A stretch of DNA of 64,000 nucleotides, taken from contig NC_043011.1 of assembly GCF_006345805.1 (NCBI RefSeq), forward strand, positions 30,764,464-30,828,463, given 5' to 3'. The notes beneath the pieces are model-generated. The model was given only the letters and a program-made list of their open reading frames with translations, did not search any database and was not told where the DNA came from. A program made the translations under genes and the position numbers. Positions 13,340 through 27,266 of this stretch are shown one piece after another. The stretch comes from Octopus sinensis. Taxonomy: Eukaryota. Numbering within the stretch: position 1 is the first letter of the stretch; every line of letters starts with the position of its first letter.

Positions 13340-13745
13340 TTTACTCTTTACTCTTTTACTTGTTTCAGTCATTTGACTGCGGCCATGCTGGAGCACCGCC
13401 TTTAATCGAGCAACTCGACCCCAGGACTTATTCTTTTGTAAGCCCAGTACTTATTCTATCGGTCTCTTTTGCTGAACCGCTAAGTGACGGGGACGTAAAC
13501 ACACCAGCATCGGTTGTCAAACAATGCTAGGGGGACAGACACAGACACACAAACATACACGCACACACATATATATATACATATATACGACGGGCTTCTC
13601 TCAGTTTCCGTCTACCAAATCCACTCACAAGGCATTGGTCGGCCCGGGGCTATAGCAGAAGACACTTACCCAAGGTGCCACGCAGTGGGACTGAACCCGG
13701 AACCATGTGGTTGGTTAGCAAGCTACTTACCACACAGCCACTCCT
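13340..13745 (-). mobile_element. Full-length Nin-domain tRNA-SINE
   Basis: Matches the family consensus seen in the other copies. Confidence 0.85.
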
Positions 13746-14434
13746 TGCAAATCTCTGCCTCCATAAGTGTCGTTTCCGTAGGTTGTTTATTTCAAACTGT
13801 GTTAATGGTTTTAAAATTTAAATTTTTTTTCTTGTGGGACTGATCACTGCTACCATATTGTGACTAGTTCCGCTCACTGCTACACTGAAGGAAAAAGACA
13901 TCTTTACAAAATCTAAAATGTCCAAGATCAGTTCATATTTTCTTTCCCCAAGGTAAACAGGGCATACACACTGGACGGCTCAAAAGACTTCTATCGAAAT
14001 AAAATTAATTCAATAATGAAAGCAGTAGTTTACACATTTTGTGATGGCGTGTTTCATTTGATACCTTTAATGCACAGAAGAGTCGAAAATAATGGTTGTG
14101 GAGAAATCCATCTCTCTTTGTCTTTTTTTTCTCCCTTTCTCTATTCCACCCTTCCTCCTCTTCTCTCTTTCTCTCTCTCTCTTTCCTTCTCTCCCTTTCT
14201 GGTGTTCAGAATGCAATGTTTTTTTTTCTTCGTTTCTATTTATCATACTAGGCCTTGGTTCGGTCACCTCAATCACACACCCCCACCACCACCACCACTG
14301 CTACAGTTGACCACTAACACCCACAATCATGTCGTTAGCCAAGTATCCTTTTACATTTAACTGATTCAAATGTAACGGAACCTGATACCAGGCTACCTTG
14401 AAGCGATGAACTAAATAAATAGGTAGGGAAGTGA

Positions 14435-14738
14435 GCAAGAGGAAGAGGTGGAGGAGGAACAAGACGAGGAGAAGGAAGATGAGGAGGAGGAAGATGATGA
14501 GAAGGAGGAAGACGAGGAGGAGGAGGAGGAGGAGGAAGACGACAACGACGACGAGAAAGAAGACGCGGACGAGGAAAAGGAGGAGAAGGACGACGAAGAG
14601 GAGGAGGACGTGGAGTAGGGCGACATGGAGGACGACGGCGATGAGGAGGGGGACGACGACGAGGAAGAAAACAAGGACAAGGAGGACGACATGTACGAGG
14701 AGGAAGAGGAGGAGGAGGAGTAGGAGGAAAAAGAAGAA

Positions 14739-14786
<48 letters not shown>

Positions 14787-14805
14787 AAAAAGAAGAAGAA
14801 GAAAT
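14435..14805. repeat. Degenerate (GAG/GAC/GAA)n trinucleotide tract
   Basis: Direct reading; the acidic frame is interrupted by TAG codons. Confidence 0.85.
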
Positions 14806-15256
14806 GAGAAAAATCAACGAAAATCGAAAAAAAAAGAGTAAAGAAAAGAAGGGGGCGGAATCAGAAGACAAAGAGGTTAAAACAGTGACGTCAGCAACAG
14901 TACTAACAGAAACTATGGCATCGATAACTGCAGCAAGAACAAGAATCAGAAATGAGGAAAACTGTAGCAGCACCATCATCAACAGCAGCAGCAGCAGGCA
15001 ACTCAAATTTGATATTTGATATTTTAAATCTTGGAAAAACAAAATACAAATTCAAACTCATTTATTGTTTCTGTTTACACAGTGAAACGTTTTGGAATTT
15101 AGCCTGAAGTAACCTGAAAATCTCTTTCGATGTTTAGTAATTATCTAATGTCATCAGTATCTCTTCTTACACCTGGAAAGTTGTCATCACTTGCTTTCGT
15201 CACATTATTATTTGTTAGTCTATCGAATATAGTGAGGGTTTATGGCAAAATAAATA

Positions 15257-15494
15257 TACCTATTTCTTTGCTATCCACAAGAGGCTAAACACAGAGGAGA
15301 CGAACAAGGACAGACAAACGGATTAAGCCGATTATATCGACCCCAGTGCGTAACTGGTACTTAATTTATCGACCCCGAAAGGATGAAAGGCAAAGTCGAC
15401 CTAGGCGGAATTTGAACTCAGAACGTAACGGCAGACCAAATGCCGCTTAGCATTTTGCCCGGCGTGCTAACGTTTCTTCCAGCGCACCGCCTTG
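15257..15494 (-). mobile_element. MetaSINE-type element
   Basis: Reverse complement of the Meta-domain family. Confidence 0.85.
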
Positions 15495-15943
15495 CTAAAT
15501 AAATATACCGGTGCGTAACTACTTATTTCTATGCATTAATGCGTTGTTGCTGCGAAATCACAGTCATATGTAGGACCTCGGAGAGAAATATGATAATGTG
15601 GAACAAGACAGTTTCAGTTTCCGGGAAGCAGAGTCCATTGGGGACTGCGAGATATATTTTTGTTTAAAAAAAGACATTCACGGGCCTCTCATTGGCTCTT
15701 CCCGGCTGAACTTTTCTCTCCCGTAGATCCTGTAACGTGTGTCATTTGAGCAGTTAGGAATAAGAGCATGGCCCCAGTTTAATTGTTAGCAATTCATCAG
15801 TTACTCTCAATTCTATTTCTCGAACAACAGCTTAGATTGGGGATTGAACCGCCGACCGGTTGTATTAGTTTACAATTCAATCGATATTCACTCTCTACTC
15901 CCCACATCCACAAATCTTTTGATGGTAGAAATTGAGAGCATTT

Positions 15944-16205
15944 GTGGAGGCGCGTGGCTTTGTGGTTGGGGTGTCAGCATCATGATTGTAAGATTGTGGT
16001 TTCGATTCCTGGACCGGGCGACGCGTTGTGTTCTTCAGCAAAACACGTCATTTCACGTTGCTCCAGTTCATTCAGCTGACAAAAATGAGTAACGCTGCAA
16101 TGGACTGGCGTCCCATCCAGCTGGGGAACACATACGCCATTGAAACCGGGAAACCGGGCCCATGAGCATGGCTAGGCTTTCAAAGGTCGCATTTATTTAT
16201 TTATT
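15944..16205 (+). mobile_element. CORE-type tRNA-SINE (OR-like) with target-site duplication
   Basis: A/B boxes, CORE-like centre and (ATTT)n tail. TGAGAGCATTT is repeated on both flanks. Confidence 0.8.
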
Positions 16206-16329
16206 TGAGAGCATTTACGATTATTTACTAAAACAACTAAGATGATGTGGGATGGGGCTTAGATTGCCGTAAATAGCAGAGTCAATTATGTACAATAAGC
16301 AAAAAGCAACCGAAGTCACTGAAAAGAAT

Positions 16330-17100
16330 ACTAACCAGCGCTAGACTTTACCCACTAACTACTGAGCCAAACGTGACAAAATGTGGACGTTCCAACTGTG
16401 GAACATGCCCCCACCTTCTGGAGGGTTCAGAATTCCACTTCAAACAAGGAGAAATATTTAAGATCAAATCAAATTTCACCTGCGCCTCGGCAAATGTAAT
16501 CTGTCATGACATGCATAGGATGCGGTAAACTCTATATTGGACAAACAGGAATTTCGCTCCGTCAAAGAATCACCATTCACAAAGAGCAAATCCGCCACCC
16601 ACAATACAGACGGTTAAAGGTGAGTGAACACATAGAAAGATGTGCCAGGAATCGTAATCCCAACTTCCAAATATTTCCCTTTTACCAATGTTCACAGAAC
16701 ACCATAATGCAACAAAGGTTGAATAAAGAGTCATTTTTCATCAACAAATTTCTCCCCCAACTAAATGTGAACACACAACTCAATACAGAACACCACTAAC
16801 CCTTCAATTTAAACCACTAAACCCTATTCACTTTCTTCATCACTCACATTTCTAATTCCTGAACTACTTACCTCCCTTATACATATAATCCAGAACTACT
16901 TACCTCCCTTGCAAATAATCTTTTTTCTCAGGAACTATTAGACCGGACACCGTTTACTAACCGGTGTTATTCAAACGATGAACAGCTAACGCGAAAACCA
17001 ATTGGTTGATTTCAGTATCTTACCTTATTATTATTATTATTAACTTCTTATAATCATCAATAATAATGACCTTTTTGACTCGTAATACTCTATATGTATA
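16330..17100 (+). mobile_element. 5'-truncated Penelope-like element (GIY-YIG endonuclease plus 3' region)
   Basis: KCGRSNCGTC zinc-linker, FTCASANVI, then ORF 16506-16799 with CIGCGKLYIGQT..LRQRITIH...HIERC...RLNKESFFI..F.PQLN. Confidence 0.85.
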
Positions 17101-17220
17101 TTTTTGTTACTACCTATCATAAATAGTCTTTCTATATCTACAATATGCATTTTCGTTGACTTTTCTTATTTTACCCTTACACTTCCACGTGTATTTTATA
17201 TTTTTTTCAAAACCTATTTC

Positions 17221-17299
<79 letters not shown>

Positions 17300-17311
<12 letters not shown>

Positions 17312-17526
17312 ATGTGTGTGTGTTTGTGTGTCTGTGTTTGTCCCCCAGCATCGCTTGACAAACGATGTTGGTGTGTTTACATCCCCATAACTTAGCGGTT
17401 CTGCAAAAGGGACCGATAGAATAAGTACTAGGCTTACAAAAGAATAAGTCCTGGGGTCGATTTCCTCGACTAAAGGCGGTGCTCCAGCATGGCCGCAGTC
17501 AAATGACTGAAACAAGTAAAAGAGTA
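17300..17526 (+). mobile_element. Nin-SINE 3' half
   Basis: Family tail sequence. Confidence 0.8.
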
Positions 17527-17764
17527 ATGGCTTATAGAAATGGATAAACATCCCAAATCTCGCGTATCCTCTGAAGTAATATATTGATCACATATCATTG
17601 ATTATTTTAAAAGAAAGTATATTGAATCACATGCATACTAACACTAGATTAATCATTTACTTTCCATGGAGGTGGCATATCTGAACTATTTAATTTCTAA
17701 ACAATTCTTTCTCTTTTCCTGAACCAATAAATATAGAATTTTGATTCATTCATCACTGCTTCGA

Positions 17765-17917
17765 TATTCCGCCGAGGTCGACTTTGCCTTTCATCCTTTC
17801 GGGGTCGATAAATTAAGTACCAGTTACGCACTGGAGTCGATGTAGTCGACTTAATCTCTTTGTCTGTCCTTGTTCGTCCCCTCTATGTTTAGCCCCTTGT
17901 GGGCAATAAAGAAATAA
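17765..17917 (+). mobile_element. 5'-truncated MetaSINE
   Basis: Meta motif plus tail. Confidence 0.8.
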
Positions 17918-18593
17918 GATACTGTGAAGGCTATATTTCGTAGATGAACCCACATTAAAATTTAAATATGTCCGGTGCTAATTCCCATACTACTGATATA
18001 AGGGAAATAATTCTAAGTCATTGACTTATATTTCACTTCATTGAATTATTATTTTTGGTTATCTTTTCAATTCTATGTGAATATGTGTGTGCGCGTGTGT
18101 GTGCGCGTGCGTGTGTGTATGTACGTGTTTACTGATATAATAGATTAATGAAACATGATGATCTCACTTTTATTGTCAAGGTCATGGTTAAAGTTTATTT
18201 TAAGTGAGATAAGTGACGGTTTTCACCCAAGTGTCATTTTGTAGAGCAATAGTTGCGAGTGCCATAGAAGCTATTGGCATATTGATCGACAGTTCAGTTT
18301 CGATTCCACATAAGAAGCTTCTTTATTTTTCACAGAAAAACACAAATGTCACAGTTACTACTTTTTTAAAAGTACAATTTCCCTTTACTTTTGTCGCTAC
18401 TTGCTTCGCGATAGACACAAACATTGTAATTCCTATCTCTGACTCTGTTGGGACTTCAAAGCATCATTCACTCGTTGATGGGTGTTTTCACTGCCTGCCA
18501 ACAAGGAAGTCTCCTCGCTAGAGTAGAAATAGCAGTCATATCTCCCTCAAATCAAATACCTCTTAAAAACGAACGATACTGGATAATACAGTC

Positions 18594-18912
18594 ATGACTA
18601 ACCTTGGGATTGCACCTAGAAAGTTACCCTCCCAGGCACAAGTCCGGGCGAGGTTGTTTATGGAAGACCAGCAGTTGCCCATGCATACCGGCCTCCCCTC
18701 TCCACGCCACCAGTGTTATCCAAGGGAAAGGCAAAGGCCGATACAGCTTGGTACCTGTGATGTCGCAACTCATTTCTACAGCTGAGTGAACTAGAGCAAC
18801 GTAAAATAAAGTGGCTTGCTCAAGAGCACAACGCGCAGCCCGGTCCGAGATTCGAACTCACAACCTCACGATCGTAAGCTCGACGCTCTAACCACTGAGC
18901 CATGCACCTTCA
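18594..18912 (-). mobile_element. CORE-type tRNA-SINE with a different (RTE-like) tail
   Basis: The reverse complement has TGGCTCAGTGG / GAGTTCGAATCTC boxes and a CORE-like centre. ATACAGTC is on both flanks. Confidence 0.75.
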
Positions 18913-19734
18913 CATACAGTCCTACATACACTAAAACGGCTGATCTGCTACTGAATAAGTTTAGCAATAATATTAATAATAATAATAATAAATTCTTGTT
19001 ATGAACTGACTTGCAGGGAAATACAAACGTTTTGTATTTGACTCAATTTCTGTTTTATAGAAAATAAATATTTGCTACGTATTTTAGTGTAAAGAAAATC
19101 ACACAAGGAAACCAATATCTGGATTGGTTTCTAAGCATTGAACGGAAGGGACTTCTGATAGTTCGACATGAGCCCTTCTTTACTGAGGGAATAAGAAGAG
19201 AAACACATTTACTAGCAACAAATTTTGAAAAAACAATAGTTCAACAACACGAGTAATGACCCTATCTCGGAAAGATTCAATCGATAAAATTGAATGAATT
19301 TGGGCAATGCCTGGGGGTAAATAAGAAAGATGCATTCGACCGTGTAGTCCCTGTTTCACAGAAATCAGTAGCAGTAGAAGACTAGGAAAACTACGAAGAT
19401 GGGTAAAATGTGTATGTTGGTAAATTTATCCTTTTTATATATAATGATTCTGTTGCTTCTCAGTGTAATTTCAAAATTACGATAAGACATAAAATAGCAA
19501 CGTCTACCACGGGTCACAATAACCTAAAATACATAGGGGTATTTCTCCTGTGTTAGTGCTAAGCAGTGAAATGAAGAACATTGTCCTCCAGATTGAAGTG
19601 TTCGCCACATGGTCACTGGTTACTTTTCAGGATTAAACTGGTGAAAACTTTCCCTGATATAATAGTTTTCAGACAAAAAGCGACGATGGAGATCTAAGAA
19701 AATCTGATTGAGAAAAAAAAAAGTTATTCATTTG

Positions 19735-19990
19735 GTACTCTTTTACTCTTACTTGTTTCAGTCATTTGACTGTGGCCATGCTGGAACACTGCCTTTAGTC
19801 GAGCAAATCGACCCCAGGACTTATTCTTTTGGAAGCCTAGTACTTATTCTATCGGTCTCTTTTGCCGAACCGCTAGGCTTTTGGTCAGTCCGAGGTTATA
19901 GTAGAAGACGCCTGAGCTACTACAAAGTGAGATTGAACACGGAACAATGTAGTTGGGAAGCAAACTTCTTACCACAAGGCCACACCTGCA
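19735..19990 (-). mobile_element. Internally deleted Nin-SINE
   Basis: Tail fused to a degenerate head. Confidence 0.7.
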
Positions 19991-20339
19991 TTATTCACTT
20001 TGAAAAACAAGCTTAAGGGAAATAAAAACTATTCAGTGATTTTCCTGACAGACTTGATCGCAGCAGGAAAAGCCATTTCTGGTTCTACAATTAACTCGGA
20101 GCAGTTGCCGGAATGTTTTGTTCTAAAAGCTAATTTTATAATTTAATTTGTAAAGTGGAATTAGTAATGAAGGAAAATATGAAGTATGACTTACACTCGT
20201 GGGAAAAACAGTACTTCGCTAAGTATATTACTTCGATATACATCTGTGCTTGCAAATGAAGAAGCTAGTTTAAGAATAGCAACACCTACACACACACGCA
20301 CGCATACATATACATACACACGCACACATGTATAATATA

Positions 20340-20746
20340 CTCTCTTTTCTCTTTTACTTGTTTCAGTCATTTGACCGGGGCCAAGCTGGAGCACCGCATT
20401 TAGTTGAGCAAATTGACCCCAGGACTTATTCTTTGTAAACCTAGTACTTATTCTATCGGTCATCGGTCTCTTTTGCAGAACCGCTAAGTTACGGCGACGT
20501 AAATACACCACCATCGGTTGTCAAGCGATGTTGGAAGGACAAGCACAGACACACAAACATATACATACACATACATATATACGACGGGCTTCTTTCAGTT
20601 TCCCTCTACCACATCCACTTACAAGGCTTTGGTCGGCCAAAGGCTATACTAGAATACACTTGCCCAAGATGTCACGCAGTGGGAATGAACCGGGAACTAT
20701 GTTGCTGGTAAGCAAATTACTTACCACACCGCCACTCCTGCGCCTA
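20340..20746 (-). mobile_element. Full-length Nin-SINE
   Basis: Family consensus. Confidence 0.85.
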
Positions 20747-21892
20747 TGTATAATAACCTTTATAAGGCAAAGGTTGTCTGTGACTTTGAAATTTCGACTA
20801 GCTCGCCTTCATAACAATGACTACGATTTACTTTATATAGTCTTTACACTAGTAAATCACTAAGGTGTAACGCTCAATTTGGGTTCTACCGCAAACCTAA
20901 TGAAAGTTTTTCACCTCTAGTTTTTTAAAAATCTCGTAAAAGGCATCAATACAACAATTTCGAATCTAAACTCGAATAAGGATTTTGACTCAGAGACCCC
21001 TGTTACAACGAAGCTCTAGCAGCCAGCGGGGATAAAAATCGCATTATCTATGTACCCGGTCTAAACACCCACGAGAGAAAGCTCCACTGTAAAGTCCACT
21101 GCTTTATCCCATCGTTCTTACTCAGCATAAAACCTGCTTGATAAGGGTTTTCATTAGATTAGTGAATACTTATTTTACACAGTCCCTATAAATATAGATG
21201 ATTCTTCAATAAGCATAACTAAAAGTCTCGTTCAGTTGTGCACCTAGTGTGAAAAAGCTATTAGTGAACCCCTCAGAGACTTGCGCTGAGGTACGATGTT
21301 CAGGTTGATTAACAAGTAAGTGCCCAGAGAATGGTCAATGCAACACTGAGGTTGTGGTGTACGAAGCAGAGGTGGTGTTGTCGAAGAGCAATAGTAATAC
21401 CAACGGAGGGCCCTTTTAAGCCCAGGTTAAATAATCAAAGCTCGTCTTTTAGCATCCAACAGAGGTGCAATGTTATAACATTTCCCAGCTTCCAATGCAA
21501 CCGAAAATTGACGAAACAGCCTAGGCCATATCTGGATGGAAGTACATGTTACAAGCTTTGCTTAACAGAGCAGAGAATCATTCTAAAATTCACCCGGTCG
21601 ACGTGCCCTCCTGAATTCAAACGTTAAATATTTTGTTACTACTCTTATGATTCGTTATGGTAACGAGATCATCCTCCTTTTCCGACTGAAAAGCAACTTT
21701 ACTTTCTGTAAAATGTTATATTTTTTCATCACATTTTTTATCCAGCTTTTTATCATTACCGAGCGAACAGAGCGAACAAGGACTGTATATTTATCACCAT
21801 CATCAATATATATATATATAAATCATTACTATTGCTCCCATTGGAACACAAGGTAAAATCTATAATGAACTCCTCGCCTTTTCAAGAACATG

Positions 21893-22085
21893 AATTTTTT
21901 TATATTTGACTCTATTGAATGTATGTCACAATTATGAACTATTACATCATACTCTTTAAACATATAGCATGGACTCCCTTTATTATATATGATTTTTTTA
22001 TATTTGACTCTATTGAATGTATGTCACAATTATGAACTATTACATCATACTCTTTAAACATATAGCATGGACTCTCTTTTTTATA
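21893..22085. repeat. About 99-bp tandem duplication
   Basis: TATATTTGACTCTATTGAATG...CATATAGCATGGACTC occurs twice. Confidence 0.9.
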
Positions 22086-22184
22086 TCTAAAAAAATTTTT
22101 TTGATAAGGTTGTTTATTTCAAGAACCGAAACATGTTAAATTTAAATTTGTCTAATATAGCAGCATTTTCAAACTTCATTTTTT

Positions 22185-22237
<53 letters not shown>

Positions 22238-22499
22238 TGTTGTATTTGGGAAAGGTCATGTTGCCAGTTTAGCCAATGAAAACACACGCACTATATATTT
22301 GGTGTTCACTTGCTTCAGCTTCATTTTGTATTAATTGTATTTCGGCCTGAGTTATTTCACCACTCATTTACTCGCTCTCCTATGCTCCGTGCTGTCTCCC
22401 CAACGTACGTCCCTCTATACATCTTATAGTTTGTCTGTGGGCTAAATCTACATACAGTACAGTTCCTATCAGTACAAGGGGTTCTAGTACTCTAGAAAT

Positions 22500-22735
22500 A
22501 GAAATAGCCATTTTAGGCTATCTGTGGAAGAAAGGACCGAGAAAAAGAGTTGTGGCAAAAGAATTAATGTTGTGGAAGGCCCATGAACTGTCAACGAACG
22601 AGTGGCACAAAACTGGTTCAGACGTTTCAAGGAAGGTGGCACCAGCCTCGAAGACAATCCAAGGTCAGGGAAACTTTTTTGTTGTGAAAGATGGGGTTTT
22701 GCTTGAAATGGTGGTATAAAAGCCAAGCACAGTAT
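22500..22735 (+). mobile_element. Mariner transposase N-terminal fragment
   Basis: TVNERVAQNWFRRFKEGGTSLEDNPRSG (HTH plus GRP-box region). Confidence 0.7.
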
Positions 22736-22761
22736 ATGTATGTGTATGAGTATATATATAT

Positions 22762-23195
22762 AGGCGCATGGGTGGTTATGTGATAAGGAGCTTGCTCCCC
22801 AACCACATGGTTCCAAGTTGATTCCTACTACATGGGCCTTGGGTAAGCGTCTTGTACTATAGCTGCGGGTCGAACAAAATCTTATGAGTGGACTTGGTAG
22901 ACGGGAAGAGAAAGAACCCGTCGTATGCGTGTGTGTGCATGCGTGTGTGTGCATGCGTGTGTGTGCATGCGTGTGTGTGCATGCGTGTGTGTGCATGCGT
23001 GTGTGTATGTGTGTGTGTGTATGTGTGTATGTATGTATGTGTGTCTTTGGGTCTGTGTTTGTCTCCCACCGCCACTTGACAATCGGTGCTGGTGCGTTTA
23101 CGTTTCTCTAATTTAGCTGTTCGGCAAAAAAAAAGACCGATAGAATAAATACCAGGCTCTAAGAAGATATTGAGATCGATTCATTCGACTAAAGA
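22762..23195 (+). mobile_element. Diverged Nin-SINE with internal (GCATGCGTGTGTGT)n expansion
   Basis: Head, core and tail are recognisable. Confidence 0.75.
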
Positions 23196-23207
23196 TTTAT
23201 ATATATA

Positions 23208-23595
23208 TAATAATAATAATGTTCGTCCTTCGGTTCGAAGATGACCAACTGACATCATCTGATGGAACTGGCGCCATGAGACCGGAGGTGGCTGGTGAGG
23301 CCAATCCGGGCAAGGAAGCCCCTCCCACAGGTGGGGCAGAAGTGGGTAGGGGCCGTGCTACTGGTGCAGGCGACTCTGGCTTTACGAATCTGACGTGTCT
23401 GCTCCGCTGACCGAATCCGTCCCTCCTCGGCTGTCCCTGCTCCCACGGTGATTGCGCTGCGCCAGGATGAGCGGTTGGCAGCAAGTGTCTCCCAGGTCTC
23501 TGTTCCGATGGAGAAGTCTTTGAGAGAGACCTTGAGACTATCCTTGTAGCGCTTCTTCTGCCCTCCGACTTTGCGCCTGCCCTGGCCGAGTTCAC
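23208..23595 (-). mobile_element. RTE/BovB LINE 3' end
   Basis: Terminal C2H2 motif HFCPTCGRGFLARIGLTSHLRSH, then a short 3' UTR and (ATT)n tail. Confidence 0.8.
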
Positions 23596-23994
23596 ATACA
23601 TATATACATACATATATATATACATGAATAGCTTTTCTTCTAAATACGTCATGAAAATTTAACGTATTAACGTGATCTTATTTTTATCAATCTGTTCTCC
23701 AATATGTATGCAATACAATTCCTTTTGGCACAATAAAGTTCCCGAATTTATTTACATCGATGTTTCCATTCTATCTCCACCTCATCTTCAGGAAATGGGG
23801 TGGTTTTGCCTTCTGTGCTTTCCCTTTTAGTCATGGCGCTTTATAATAATACCAATTTCCCCCGCCAGGACTTCACCTTTAGAGCAGTTCTGTTGTATGT
23901 CATCGGATTTTCACTTGTAACTTGTGTGTGTTGTATAGTAGTTGTAGCCCTGAGTTGCAATATTATTGCTTCCATAATCAGTGTTGTATTTCTC

Positions 23995-24392
23995 TCTTTT
24001 ACTCTTTTACCCTTTTACTTGTTTCATTCATTTGACTGCGGCCATGCTGGAGCACCACCTTTAGTCGAGCAAATCGAACCCAGGACTTATTCTTTGTAAG
24101 TCTAGTACTTATTCTATCGGTCTCTTTTGCCGAACCGCTAAGTTACGGGGACGTAAACACACCAGCATCGGTTGTCAAACGATGTTGGGGGGACAAACAC
24201 AGACACACAAACACATATACACACATACATATATATATATATATATACATATATATGACGGGCTTCTTTCAGCTTCCGTCTACCAAATCCACTCACAAGG
24301 CTTTGTTCGGCCCGAGGCTATAGTAGAAGGTGTCACGTAGTGGAACTGAACCCGAAACCATGTGATTGGTAAGCAAGCTACTTACCACACAG
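23995..24392 (-). mobile_element. Near full-length Nin-SINE
   Basis: Family consensus. Confidence 0.85.
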
Positions 24393-25074
24393 GAGTTTCA
24401 TTTAACTTTTCCCGGCCTAGTTTTGTTTTATGTAGTGTATTGTGCTGCAATTACTCCTTGTTTTAAAAGCATGGCGGACCTCTAACAGCTGGTTGTACTT
24501 ATCTGCCAAGCGTAACAGTTGGAACCACAAGTTTTGCAACTTCCTCTTTTACAGTCAAATTTGTAAATTACATTGGTCATTCTAACTTTGTTCTCGTGTG
24601 TACATGCCTATGATGTATTAGTAAGGAGATTTGTATATACATGTGTACGAATGTGTGTCTGTTTGTCTGTCTGTCTTCTATCGATATATCAATGAAATAT
24701 GTAAACTTCACTGAGGAAATCTTGTACTTATAAATAATAAATAACCTATACGGTATATATTCCTCAGAGTTAGATATTCCTGTGTCTCTAGTCGTTACAA
24801 AAGTAATAAATCAATAATTCACATGTTGGAAATCTGTAAGCAACGATCCTATTTTTCCCCGACTGAGATATAAAATAAATCTAAAAGAAAATGTTCTTTA
24901 ATAAGTTATTTCCTCATACATATCTCATTTGTCACTGCGATTAACATAATTCGGAGGTGAAAATGAAGTGGAAAACAGAGAATAATATCGCATTACAATT
25001 TTATAAACTTGAAATCTCAACAAATGCATTTTATTTTATTACAAATCTCATGTATTATTATTTTCAGCAACTTC

Positions 25075-25153
25075 TTTTTTAATCTTACCAAGAGATATAT
25101 TTTTTAATCTTACCAAGAGATATATTTTTTAATCTTACCAAGAGATATATTTT
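25075..25153. repeat. 25-bp minisatellite, three copies
   Basis: TTTTAATCTTACCAAGAGATATATT repeated. Confidence 0.9.
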
Positions 25154-25861
25154 GCAGAATGCCAGATAAGTGAAACGGTGTTATTCTCCCGTATCACGCT
25201 ATTTGTACGTGATGATCAAGTGGAGCTCTGCATGAACAAAACATTTCTAAATGTGTTATCGGAGAGGAAAATTCCACAAATAGGAAACTGTGTTACGATA
25301 TTCAGTGTCACGGCTGTCAGAATAGTAAAATAATTGCAGTTTAGATGCCGCCACTCGTACAATTGCCTTTTTGGTATATATTACGATAAGACGTGTCTCT
25401 TCCTTTAGATAAGATGGGTGAATAATGTATAAAACAGTCACATGTAAAAACTCCTATTATAGTGACTGCTATTATATCTGATGCAAAAATCGCGTATTCT
25501 TACACCAAGCAGTAGATGCTAACCCATTACAAGCCAATGAAGTACTTTGTTTATGGTTGTCAGATCTGCTAGAAATAATCACATTTTAGCATCTGTAAAA
25601 AGGGAGTGCAGTTCGGTTTCTATCATACGATGTATCTTGAAAAACAGATAGACTGGCGACGGACTTGATTAATTCCCACATTTGGCCAGCTTACTATAAC
25701 ATATGCAACACTTAATTCTCTTCTTATACTAACGAAAAGAGACAATCAATGAATTTTACATGCACATATAACTGGTGCAGTCGCTGTTGTCGAGTTGCCA
25801 GTGTGCTACATTTGAACTCTGCATCTTGCCAACGGCACTCCACATCATGGTCAAGATATTA

Positions 25862-26097
25862 AGGCGGTGAGCTGGCAGAATCGTTAGCAACCCGGGCGAA
25901 ATGCTTTGCAGTATTTCGTCCGCCGCTGCGTTCTAAGTTCAAATTCCGCCGAGGTCGACTTTGCCTTTCATCCTTTCGGGGTCGATTAAATAAGTACCAG
26001 TTACGCACTGGGGTTGATATAATCGACTTAATCTGTTTGTCTGTCCTTGTTTGTCCTCTCTGTGTTCAGCCCCTTGTGGGTAGTAAAGAAATAGATA
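25862..26097 (+). mobile_element. MetaSINE
   Basis: Head GGCGGTGAGCTGGCAGAA plus Meta motif. Confidence 0.85.
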
Positions 26098-27042
26098 TTT
26101 AACATTCAATTGCTTCATTCGTTTTGCTGTAAACCGATACAATAAATCTATACTAGGAGTACATACGAATCAACCAGAAACCATCTACTTCGATCTCCTA
26201 ATAATGTCAGACAAATCTTTCTTAAATCACACCATCTTAAATAAAGAAAAACATTCATAATATACACCTAAAAGTTAGGATAGTCATACTTATAACACTT
26301 TTGATAATAAATCTGTTGAATCAAGACTGACCTTGGACTGAACAACTAGCCCTGTATTAAACAATTCTGATCGGGTACTTCAGCTGATACATCCCTGATT
26401 CATGGTAAGTTACAGCGGTCAACTCTATAACTTTTATAACCTTCACACGGTGATCTACACACGCGATGTACACATGACTTAATCTCAATGACTTCCTCAT
26501 TGTGAAACATTCACAGTAATGTATATAGAGATAAATTTTGCAAGGCGAAGCAATTCCGTTTCCAATCAAAATTGACGATTTAAGGGCCAGATCTTCAGCA
26601 AAATCTTTCAATGAAAACTTACAAGTTGTAGCTGCTTCTGCTTTGTAAAAATATCATTATAAAATGTGAACAAAATATGCATGGTTACCAAAGCATAACT
26701 GAACAGGCTAATCTCAGGTTTTCTATGACCATGAGTAAAATTTTGAAAGCATTTTATTCCTTATACAATCGAACAACCAGAAAACTATATATTTTATACG
26801 AGACGGCAATTTTCCTAAACATTTTATCTGCAGAATTTCTAGTATTATCAGATCTATTTCTCTGGCAATGCTCCATTCAATACTCAGTCAAGTTATATCT
26901 GTGACTTAGAAAGGCTTAATGTTTGTTTGTTTTTTTAGTATGTTTACTAGAAGGTTTTTCTACTGGCACTACGATAGTTGCAATTGTCAACAGTAAAATC
27001 AGCCTAATTTAATATTTGCAAATATGTCACAAAGTTTATATG

Positions 27043-27266
27043 TTTCTTTATTACCCACAAGGGGCTAAACATAGAGGGGACAAAGAAGGACAGACAAACG
27101 GATTAAGTCGATTACATCGACCCCAGTGCGTAACTGGTACTTAATTCTATCAACCCCTAAAGGACGAAAGGCAAAGTCGACCTCGGCGGAATTTGAACTC
27201 AGAACGTAACGGCAGACGAAATACGGCTACGCATTTCACCCGGCGTGCTAACGGTTCTGCCAGCTC
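27043..27266 (-). mobile_element. MetaSINE with target-site duplication
   Basis: CAAAGTTTATAT on both flanks. Confidence 0.85.

Noticed and set aside
14335-15042. 235-aa and 136-aa low-complexity ORFs, possible acidic protein exon
   Set aside because: Degenerate GAG/GAC/GAA microsatellite; the acidic frame contains TAG stops.
15110-15165. Minus-strand CTGATGA...GAAA hammerhead-like spacing
   Set aside because: Stem II has no closing pair and stem I does not pair, so this is likely chance.
25075-25153. Short direct repeats resembling a CRISPR array (also the 29-mers at 11428-11974)
   Set aside because: Eukaryotic context, no unique spacers of regular length and no cas genes.
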